From: Candidatus Heimdallarchaeota archaeon
GTDB taxonomy: Archaea; Asgardarchaeota; Heimdallarchaeia; Heimdallarchaeales; Kariarchaeaceae
Length of the DNA: 31,927 nt
Direction of reading: 5' to 3'
Assembly: GCA_015523565.1 (NCBI GenBank)
Contig: WAKA01000222.1
Coordinates: forward strand, 1 to 31,927
Of the stretch, positions 9,004 to 16,995 are shown piece by piece. The notes under the pieces are model-generated. The model worked only from the letters and a program-made list of their open reading frames with translations. It was not told the DNA's origin and searched no databases. Position numbers and translations under genes: made by a program. Numbering within the stretch: position 1 is the first letter of the stretch; every line of letters begins with the position of its first letter.

Positions 9004-9318
9004 ATGAGTAGTGAAGACTTATTCACTGTAACCATAGCTTCCCTAATGGAAAAAGCAAAAGAAGATGGGGTTATTACACCCGAGGAATTTGAACTCATTG
9101 AACAGGTGCGCTTGGATGCTGAAAAATATACACAAATGTTGAATGAAGCGACAAGTGATGGAATTCTCACCAATGCAGAATCACAAAAACTGGAAGAATT
9201 GAAAAGCAAGATTCTTGAAAGAGCAGAAATTGTTGCCAAAATAGACGGCAAGCTTGATGATGATGAGAAACAACTCTTGGAAACCTTGGCTAATATAATC
9301 AAGCAAAAATATGTGTAG
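9004..9318 (+). CDS. Small acidic helical protein with three DG-x-[IL]-[TD]-x-x-E loops (TerB/EF-hand-like)
   Basis: DGVITPEE, DGILTNAE and DGKLDDDE separated by amphipathic helices. Confidence 0.7.
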   Translation: MSSEDLFTVTIASLMEKAKEDGVITPEEFELIEQVRLDAEKYTQMLNEATSDGILTNAESQKLEELKSKILERAEIVAKIDGKLDDDEKQLLETLANIIKQKYV

Positions 9319-9319
9319 A

Positions 9320-10213
9320 TTAAATTTTCTTGAACAAATAAAAATTATGCCATTTTTTGTCCTGATCCAAAGACCTGATATAATTATATGCAACCCATCC
9401 TCTTTGAAAGTATTCGATACAAATTTCCCTGAATCTTATTCGCCAATCAATTGCAAGTTTTGTTTCTGTTTCTCGTATTTTCTGATAATTTGTGGGCATT
9501 TCAACCAAGAACTCCGTATCTTCCTCAAATGTGTCATTGGGCATGAACTTGTCATTTCTTACAAAATTAAAGGTTGGATATCTATCGACTAGTTCTTCAT
9601 AACTTGGATAATTTTTGTAAGATCCATTCCTGACATTTTGGATTGCCTTTTCCACCTTTTCGGTACGGATTTGCCATTTGACAAGGAATCGATCCGTTGG
9701 AACCCCACCATAAATGCCAACTCCCTCTGGCATCCCATAATAATTGATTTTGTATGTGTCACATATGACTCCCAATTTTCCAAAGTTAAGCCATGCATTG
9801 TTTGGAAGCAAGGGATCAACTGTCCATACTATTTCATTGATCTTGGGATTGGTGTGATTAATGGCTAAGTTCCTGTGTACCATTTTAAGTTCGAAACCAA
9901 CATTTTTTCCTTGCCATTTTGGGTCAATTCCCATCATATGACTATAATTTTTGTCTGGAAACATTGGGAAGGCATAAATGAAACCAATTGCTGTCTTTGG
10001 ATCTTCTTTGGATGTTGCCATGAGCACAGTTCCAAAATCAGATACTGCCTTCATCTCAAAAGTTGCAACATTTTCAAGGTCTGTTAAATCCCAAGCTCTT
10101 CTGATAACTTCCGTAATGCTCCTTACCTCTTCCATTGTCCTTACTCTACGTATTGCAATGGTGTCATTCTCCATCAGGAATGGATCTTGCTGGGCTTCAA
10201 ATTGTATCATCAT
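9320..10213 (-). CDS. GNAT acyltransferase, probable D-amino acid N-succinyltransferase (NSAR partner)
   Basis: 'YSHMMGIDPKWQGKNVGFELK', 'WTVDPL..NAWLNFGKLG', 'NYYG' and 'PTDRFLVKW', typical of the GNATs encoded next to NSAR/OSBS genes. Confidence 0.82.
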   Translation of the reverse strand: MMIQFEAQQDPFLMENDTIAIRRVRTMEEVRSITEVIRRAWDLTDLENVATFEMKAVSDFGTVLMATSKEDPKTAIGFIYAFPMFPDKNYSHMMGIDPKWQGKNVGFELKMVHRNLAINHTNPKINEIVWTVDPLLPNNAWLNFGKLGVICDTYKINYYGMPEGVGIYGGVPTDRFLVKWQIRTEKVEKAIQNVRNGSYKNYPSYEELVDRYPTFNFVRNDKFMPNDTFEEDTEFLVEMPTNYQKIRETETKLAIDWRIRFREICIEYFQRGWVAYNYIRSLDQDKKWHNFYLFKKI

Positions 10214-10249
10214 TTTTCTTTAGAGGGAGTTGGTTAAAGAATTCTTTCA

Positions 10250-10633
10250 TCATTCTATCAAGAATATTCCCTCAATTTCCACATTTAATCCTGCAGGGAG
10301 ATTGCTGACCTCAACAGCTGATCTTGCTGGCTTTGCTTCACCAAAGAATTCCTCATAAACCTTGTTGATTTTTGCATAGTTGTTTATGTCAGTCATAAAA
10401 ACTGTCATTTTTACTGCATTCTCCATTTTTCCGCCTGCGGCCTCTACAATCCCCTTGATATTCATCAATGTTCTTCTTGTCTCTTCTTCAATGGATGAGT
10501 TCATGACTTGCTTGGTTTTTGGATCAAATCCGCCCTGACCACTGGTGAACAGAAGGTTACCTACTTTCACTGCTTGTGAATATGGTCCAATGGCGGGAGG
10601 TGCATTTTCGGTAGAAATAATTTCTTTTGGCAT
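10250..10633 (-). CDS. ridA: RidA/YjgF enamine-imine deaminase
   Basis: 'APPAIGPYSQAV', 'SGQ', 'PARSAV', 'VEIE'; start taken at MPKEII. Confidence 0.92.
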   Translation of the reverse strand: MPKEIISTENAPPAIGPYSQAVKVGNLLFTSGQGGFDPKTKQVMNSSIEEETRRTLMNIKGIVEAAGGKMENAVKMTVFMTDINNYAKINKVYEEFFGEAKPARSAVEVSNLPAGLNVEIEGIFLIE

Positions 10634-10726
10634 ATGTGAGACAAAGAACAATAAATTAAAAATCGATAGGCAAACGCTTCCTTTTTTTGCGCAAATCTAA
10701 AAGTATGGGTAATCATATGATCATTT

Positions 10727-11386
10727 ATGTATATTGAAATCCTGATTATTATTGCCGCCTATTTGTTAGGATCGATACCCACCTCATATTTAATTGCAAA
10801 ATACAAGTACGGATTTGATATTCGGGAAAAGGGTTCAGGTAACGTTGGTGGTGCAAATGCCGCCAGAACGATGGGCATGAAGGTTGGTGTGTTTGCAGGT
10901 CTTGTTGATGTCTTCAAAGGGACTTTGGCAGTTAACATTGCGATTTGGTACTCAAAAACTTATCCTGCAACGTCTGGTTTTTTTGAAGACCCTAATATTT
11001 TAGTTGCAATTGCTGGGTTTACGGCAGTCATTGGTCATTGTTACAGTTGGGTGCTTGGCTTCAAAGGTGGAAAAGGCGGTGCAACTACAGCAGGGGTTGT
11101 GCTTGGATTGGATCCAATGACGTTTTTATGGTTACTGTTGGTTTGGATTTTGGTAGTGGGTACCACACGTTTTACAAGTTTGGGAAATCTTATCGCAGTT
11201 TGGGTCATCCCATTAATGTTTCAAATACGCATAGAAAATCTTTATCAACGTGTTGGAAGTCTAGTTTCTTCCGATGCATATACTGTCATGGCATATTCAT
11301 TGATTGTCTTGATTTATTTCAAACATCGGGACAATGTCATGCGCTTACTACAAGGTACAGAACGGAAATTTGGTCAGAGGGAATGA
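10727..11386 (+). CDS. plsY: Acyl-phosphate:glycerol-3-phosphate acyltransferase
   Basis: 'LLGSIP', 'DIREKGSGNVGGAN', 'GHCY...FKGGKGGAT' and 'KHRDNVMRLLQGTE', i.e. all three PlsY motifs. Confidence 0.92.
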   Translation: MYIEILIIIAAYLLGSIPTSYLIAKYKYGFDIREKGSGNVGGANAARTMGMKVGVFAGLVDVFKGTLAVNIAIWYSKTYPATSGFFEDPNILVAIAGFTAVIGHCYSWVLGFKGGKGGATTAGVVLGLDPMTFLWLLLVWILVVGTTRFTSLGNLIAVWVIPLMFQIRIENLYQRVGSLVSSDAYTVMAYSLIVLIYFKHRDNVMRLLQGTERKFGQRE

Positions 11387-12555
11387 TTTAGTTCCGCTAA
11401 TTTTTCAATTGACTTTTCAAGCTGATGAACCCTTTTTAGATCCATCTCAACAGCTTCATCCTTTAAATCCAATTCTGACAGGATTTCCTCTTTTCTTGCA
11501 TCTCTTGCAATTTTAAATGCCTGTATCAATTTCGGAAAGACGGGCAAACCTGCGACTATTGCATTCAAAGAAGGTTCGACCACCCCAAATTCATTTTTGA
11601 GACTTTCATCAGTCTGGATGAATTTAAGAAATGGTGTATTCTCAAATGCCTGAACAAATCTAGGGGCTTCATAGCTGAAATCTATTGTTTCGTACGATTT
11701 CCTGATAATGGCACAGTATATTTTTCTGCTTTCCAAGATTTCCTCTCGAGTCATAGAGGTTTTTGCAACAATCTCATCCACCAATATGTCAACATATCTC
11801 AGATTAAGCATTTCTCCCTCTCCTGTTTTCTCAAATGGTACATGCACTAAAAATGAGATCCCTGGCGTGTGGAATGTTTCCTCTAAATCTTCTAGAGATG
11901 CATCGTATCTTTCCCTGTAAGCTGATTGCATGGTTGAAACCAGAAGATTTGTGAATCCCCTGTTAAGGTATTCTATTTTCTGTCTGGCCAATATTTCAAA
12001 TGGGAGTTCCATTTCATCCAAAGTGGGCATATTGTCTATCAATATCACATTATTGCCCAAAGGGTCATTGGAAAATACCACTTTATAAAGGAATTCTGCC
12101 ATATTATAATGAACCCTTGAATTCTCAAACCTTTCAGGAAATACAAGGACAATTGGTGGTGTCAGATTGTAGTTTTCCTTAAGGATTTTTGAGACTGTCA
12201 GGATACTGCTTATTCCTGTTCCTCCACTTCCTGTTATCAGTAACATCAATCCGGGTTTCTTTGGAATTATTTTCTGGAGGTGGGGAATTATATCTGATTT
12301 CCAATTGCTTACATTTTCTAGAGCGATATCTAAATTTCTGGCAAAACCTTCTTTTTCTTCTGTTACACTAAATGTAATGTCATAGATCGGATTTGTAAAG
12401 TGTTCCCTCTTCCCTGCATTCATGGCCAATCCTTTGACATTTTCAATCCCCCCCGCCTTTAGGGTTTCAATTAGTTTTGCTCCCATTGTCTGCCCTATAT
12501 CTCCAGCCGCAATGATAGAAATGCTTAGTTGTTTGTTGAATAGATTAAACTTCAT
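11374..12555 (-). CDS. Divergent tubulin/FtsZ-superfamily GTPase, paralog B
   Basis: T1 'IAAGDIGQTMG', T3 'GFARN', T4 'GSGGTG', T5 'FPERFE', T6 'ILIDN'. ATG at 12555 follows a GGTGA RBS that overlaps the upstream stop codon. Confidence 0.8.
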   Translation of the reverse strand: MKFNLFNKQLSISIIAAGDIGQTMGAKLIETLKAGGIENVKGLAMNAGKREHFTNPIYDITFSVTEEKEGFARNLDIALENVSNWKSDIIPHLQKIIPKKPGLMLLITGSGGTGISSILTVSKILKENYNLTPPIVLVFPERFENSRVHYNMAEFLYKVVFSNDPLGNNVILIDNMPTLDEMELPFEILARQKIEYLNRGFTNLLVSTMQSAYRERYDASLEDLEETFHTPGISFLVHVPFEKTGEGEMLNLRYVDILVDEIVAKTSMTREEILESRKIYCAIIRKSYETIDFSYEAPRFVQAFENTPFLKFIQTDESLKNEFGVVEPSLNAIVAGLPVFPKLIQAFKIARDARKEEILSELDLKDEAVEMDLKRVHQLEKSIEKLAELNHSL

Positions 12556-12559
12556 TGTA

Positions 12560-13954
12560 TCACCCAATTAACTTAATGATTGCAGGTATTCCCCTGAATG
12601 CATATGCGCTGAACAGCAGTGAGAAGTAAAGCAATCTAAAGGGGTTTACAGGGCTTGGTTTCATGCTATAGATAAATTCTCTAAGAATAAAAATTACCTG
12701 TATGTCAATTTCTGTTCTTCTTTCTCTTCCAAGCGCCAAATTTGTAATCTCGTCATAAATAAATGGATCAAGTTCACGAAGTGCCTTTGTCCTGAATCTT
12801 CCCATGACATTTGAGATGGAAATAATTGGCAAAAGGATTTGACTAAATGAAAGCATCAATGAAACTATTAGGGCTATAACCACAATATTCCTAATGATTG
12901 TACTTTTTGCCAATATTTCTGCATTTGAGGCAGAACTCAGGATAATTTGTTGCTCTTCTGGACTTAGTTGACTAAGTTGGGCAACATTTTTGTCTGTCAG
13001 CAGTCTGGTTAACGTTTCTTCATAGCTTGTCCGTCCAACCTGCTCCACAAACGTGATGAAGAGTGGAGAGGAAACCAAAAATACAAGTGAATTGATAATG
13101 ATTGTAGCCGCTAAAAGCCCATAGAGTGGGATGTTTCCCAAAGATTGAATGGAAAGTCCTGGTGTATCTGCCAATACCTTTACCACTTCATAATTGTTTT
13201 TGGAAAGTATGCTGTCATGACCTTCATTGTATCCTTCTGCCCGTTCCTTGATTTTCTTCAATAGCATGTCATAAAGCCTTGAATTCAATCGTACATAATT
13301 CAAGGCAAGTAAAGAGACATAAATGATGAGCCCTACACCAAAGTGACTAAATAGGAGGAAAATTCCTCTTATGGCGATTCCTGTTGTTGCAATATTATGG
13401 TCAACCCAAATTTTCACCAACTGATAGTCCATAAAAAAAGGAATAACCATTGAAATCCATAATGGCGTTCTTGGCCACTTTCGCAGGTAATATGCATTGA
13501 AGTCCTTCTCAATGGATTTTTCGAGCCATGGTGCCCTTTTTGCTTCAATAATCTCTGTAAATGTGTTATATCCATATTTCAAATAAAACGGTGCTGTAAT
13601 AATCCCTGTAATTGCCAAAATTGCAAAAAATATGGATATTCCCAAAGATTGAAGCAATATGCCTGCTTCAATAGAGAGAACCAAGCTGGGGATTGCCAAA
13701 ATGAGAGGGATGGAAAACAGCTTTTTGAATGCACTGGGATTGAGGAAAAGTACCACATTCATTGGAAGCTTGGATAAGATACGCGGAAGCTTGAAAAGAT
13801 TCCTGAAAGGTCGCTCAAGATACTTGATATATGTGAAATATTCTGAATCGACCCCTTCAGGTAAAGTTTCCTCGTATGTGTCAAGAAGTTCCTCAAATTC
13901 AAATACGATATCCTTGGCATGTCTTGGTCGCTCAGAAAGGAATCTCATCGTCAT
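12560..13954 (-). CDS. Multi-pass (~7 TM) membrane protein of unknown function
   Basis: 464 aa with ~7 hydrophobic segments; the start overlaps the upstream stop (TAATG) and follows a GGAGG RBS. Confidence 0.8.
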   Translation of the reverse strand: MTMRFLSERPRHAKDIVFEFEELLDTYEETLPEGVDSEYFTYIKYLERPFRNLFKLPRILSKLPMNVVLFLNPSAFKKLFSIPLILAIPSLVLSIEAGILLQSLGISIFFAILAITGIITAPFYLKYGYNTFTEIIEAKRAPWLEKSIEKDFNAYYLRKWPRTPLWISMVIPFFMDYQLVKIWVDHNIATTGIAIRGIFLLFSHFGVGLIIYVSLLALNYVRLNSRLYDMLLKKIKERAEGYNEGHDSILSKNNYEVVKVLADTPGLSIQSLGNIPLYGLLAATIIINSLVFLVSSPLFITFVEQVGRTSYEETLTRLLTDKNVAQLSQLSPEEQQIILSSASNAEILAKSTIIRNIVVIALIVSLMLSFSQILLPIISISNVMGRFRTKALRELDPFIYDEITNLALGRERRTEIDIQVIFILREFIYSMKPSPVNPFRLLYFSLLFSAYAFRGIPAIIKLIG

Positions 13955-15303
13955 TAGTGATCATCCTCCAACTCTCCTCTTCTCTTTAGTGTGGCTTCTC
14001 TTGCCAATTCTTCAGCAATCTCCTGTGGTGCCTTGACTTCAATCTCTTCCCCGTCTTTTAGCTTGTCGATTTTTGGATTGATTCTTCCTCCTTCATCTCT
14101 TTTCTTTTCTTCATTCAATAGGTACACCCTGACGTCTTCTGCATCTCGCATGAAATTCCTTAATTTTTCAGGAATAGGAATGCCTACAAAGACCCCTCGA
14201 AAATGTAGTCCTTCATTATCCATTACTTTGAATTCATGGAAGATATCTTTGTTGGAAAATGTATTGAAGAAGTCCCTGTAACTTTTGGAAGTAACCTTGT
14301 CCTTTGTTGCTTGGATAAAAATATAACCTCTTGTACAATTTCTGGGATTGACCTGATAGGACACACTTTCTTTAATGGACGCGTCAAATATTTCAGTTAA
14401 ATTTCCTTGACAGGTATCCGAGTCAAATTCTGCAATTATCCCGATTCCTTTGACGGTTCTGAATATTTCAAGAAACTCATTCAGGTCACTGGAATATCCG
14501 TCACTTTCCAGTTCTGTGGCAACCAACAAGTCTGCAATAGTTGCTCCGATCTTTTCGTTGACTGCCCCAAATATTTTATCAAACGGTTGCCCTTCATTTT
14601 CAACAAAAAACTCGTCATTGTCAACCAGCAAGGTCATCAATCCCTTTGACCTGCTTCCAGGGGCATATGTAAAATGGTAGAGTGCTGCCGCCGCGATAAA
14701 TTTTGTACGAGTGTTCTCATATCGTGCAGGAAGAACAAGAATTGGAACTGGTCGTTTTCCTTTAGAGATTAAATAATCAACAAGTTTAATGGCAATGCCA
14801 ACTCCTGTCCCCCCACTTCCCAATATGAGAAAAACAAGGTCATGTCTGGTTTTCTGTGGAAAATTCTCTAAATAGTTGTCAATAAAGCTTTCTATTTTGT
14901 CTTTTTCTTTCTCATATGTTTCTGATGCCTTACGATATTGCTTTGCTGTGCCATAGGTTGTAGTTCCTATATGCAACTTGAATTTGACATTTTGTTTCTC
15001 AAGATTGATTTTGTCTGTTTCAATTAGTGCAGTATCTAAACTGACCCCATATTTGTTGACACGGTTCACAATGTTCCCCAATATCCTTCCTCCCGCACCT
15101 CCAATACCAATAATTGGCACTTCAGGGGAATCAAATTTCTCTTTGATGCTTAAAATCGGAGTGGATCCAAGGACATTCTCGTCAACAATTACTGTCTCAG
15201 GAATCTCTTGGGATTTCTGCTTTTTGTCTGGCTTGTCTAAATTCAATTTCAGCATGCGATAATGTGCAACATATGGGTTTTTTGAACGCCATAACTTTAC
15301 CAT
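13954..15303 (-). CDS. Divergent tubulin/FtsZ-superfamily GTPase, paralog A
   Basis: T1 'IGIGGAGGRI', T2 'IETD', T3 'GTAK', T4 'LGSGGTGVG', T5 'LPARYE', T6 'LVDND', T7 'DGYSSDLNEF'; ~60-aa N-terminal extension and charged C-terminal tail. Confidence 0.87.
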   Translation of the reverse strand: MVKLWRSKNPYVAHYRMLKLNLDKPDKKQKSQEIPETVIVDENVLGSTPILSIKEKFDSPEVPIIGIGGAGGRILGNIVNRVNKYGVSLDTALIETDKINLEKQNVKFKLHIGTTTYGTAKQYRKASETYEKEKDKIESFIDNYLENFPQKTRHDLVFLILGSGGTGVGIAIKLVDYLISKGKRPVPILVLPARYENTRTKFIAAAALYHFTYAPGSRSKGLMTLLVDNDEFFVENEGQPFDKIFGAVNEKIGATIADLLVATELESDGYSSDLNEFLEIFRTVKGIGIIAEFDSDTCQGNLTEIFDASIKESVSYQVNPRNCTRGYIFIQATKDKVTSKSYRDFFNTFSNKDIFHEFKVMDNEGLHFRGVFVGIPIPEKLRNFMRDAEDVRVYLLNEEKKRDEGGRINPKIDKLKDGEEIEVKAPQEIAEELAREATLKRRGELEDDH

Positions 15304-15450
15304 TTCTATCTATTCCTCTATAAAATTTAATTTAATAAGTATTTATCCCAATCAATCAAGATTTTATGCCTCTCAAATTTCAACTTCTCTCAAAAAAAAT
15401 TCATTGATGGAGCATTGTCTATATTAAGTTGAATTATGAAAACCCATTGA

Positions 15451-16917
15451 ATGAAAGCAAAAGAACAGAACAAGGCTGGAATAATAGGAACTATTGGTCC
15501 CTCGTCTGCAAAAGAGCCTATTTTAGAGAAACTTTTTGAATGTGGGATGAATATTGTTCGAATTAACCTTTCCCATGGTGATCATAAAACGGCAAAAAAG
15601 ATGTTTGAACTTGTCAGGTCTGTAAATGACAATATTCCTATTATGTTTGATTTATCTGGTCCCAAAATGCGTATTGGAAAAATTGATGGGCATGTCCATC
15701 TGGAAGTTGGATCTGAATTTCGTATCACAAAAAAGGAAACTATTGGCGACGAAAACAAAGTAAGTACAAACTATCCAGAGCTTATCGATTTGGCTCAAAT
15801 AGGAAATACTATCTACCTTAACGATGGGTTAATTGAACTACAGGTAATTGATAAAACTCCTGATGAAATTGTCACGAGGGTCGTCAGGGGAGGTGCCTTA
15901 AGCTCTCGAAAGGGGATTAATGCCCCACAAGTTCCCATCGGACTGTACTCGCCCACAGAAAAGGATCTCCGTGACTTGGACTTTACCCTTCCATTGGAAC
16001 CTGACTTTTATTCTGTCTCATTTGTTAGAAGGAAAGAGGATCTCCAAAAAGTCAGGCAAATTATCGAAAGCCATACGTCTGATCCAATCCATCTGATAAG
16101 CAAGATTGAACATCTAGATGGTCTTAAAAACTTTGATGAGATTCTCAAGGAAAGCGATGAGGTCATGATTGCAAGAGGTGACCTTGGAGTAGAAATGGAT
16201 CCTGCAAAAGTTCCACTTGTGCAAAAAGACCTAATCAAAAGATGCAATCGATTTGGGAAACCTGCCATTGTTGCCACCCAAATGTTGGAAAGTATGGTAT
16301 ATTCTCCACGTGCAACCCGTGCAGAAGCATCCGACGTTGCCAATGCCATTCTTGATGGTGCTGATGTTGTCATGTTAAGTGCAGAAACTGCCACAGGGGA
16401 GTATCCCGTAAAGGCAGTTGAAACAATGGCTCATATCATTGAGACTGTTCAATCCTCCATTCCTCCTCATAGGGAAAAATACCATCCTACCGAAAATCCA
16501 AATTGGGATGCAGTTGGAAGGGCGGCAGTTTATCTTGCAGAAGATTTGGGCGCTTCTGCCATTATTGCAAACACAAGATCTGGCGATACAAGCCGGGTAA
16601 TTGCAAAATATAGACCTTTACAACCCATCATCTCAATAACGCCAAATCGAAAAACATTCCGTCGTCTTAATATCCAATGGGGTGTCATTCCTGTCTTTAG
16701 TAAAACAAATTACCATGATACTGATGATATGATTGAAGACTCCATTAAAATAGCTGTAGATCTTGATTTGATAGAGAAGGACGATATTGTTGTCACCGTG
16801 GCTGGCTCTTTATTGGGCATGCCCTATACAACCAACCTAATCCAATATTATTACGTCAAGGACATCGTCAAATCATTAGAGGCAAAGAAAAAATTTTCAA
16901 CTGCATATTTAGAATAA
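15451..16917 (+). CDS. pyk: Pyruvate kinase (probably K+-independent type)
   Basis: 'TIGPSS', 'RINLSHG', 'DLSGPKMRIG' (Lys at the position that marks K+-independent enzymes), 'SKIE', 'ARGDLG', 'ATQMLESM', 'MLSAETA'. Confidence 0.97.
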   Translation: MKAKEQNKAGIIGTIGPSSAKEPILEKLFECGMNIVRINLSHGDHKTAKKMFELVRSVNDNIPIMFDLSGPKMRIGKIDGHVHLEVGSEFRITKKETIGDENKVSTNYPELIDLAQIGNTIYLNDGLIELQVIDKTPDEIVTRVVRGGALSSRKGINAPQVPIGLYSPTEKDLRDLDFTLPLEPDFYSVSFVRRKEDLQKVRQIIESHTSDPIHLISKIEHLDGLKNFDEILKESDEVMIARGDLGVEMDPAKVPLVQKDLIKRCNRFGKPAIVATQMLESMVYSPRATRAEASDVANAILDGADVVMLSAETATGEYPVKAVETMAHIIETVQSSIPPHREKYHPTENPNWDAVGRAAVYLAEDLGASAIIANTRSGDTSRVIAKYRPLQPIISITPNRKTFRRLNIQWGVIPVFSKTNYHDTDDMIEDSIKIAVDLDLIEKDDIVVTVAGSLLGMPYTTNLIQYYYVKDIVKSLEAKKKFSTAYLE

Positions 16918-16995
16918 AATCTTTTCATCATCCATATCGAAGGGAAATACTATTAATATTTGTTTAATGAAAATAACTACAGCTAGGGATGAAAC

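Noticed and set aside
11374-15303. Naming the GTPases ftsZ, cetZ or bona fide tubulin
   Set aside because: Signature and diagnostic motifs deviate from each family; assignment needs a phylogeny.
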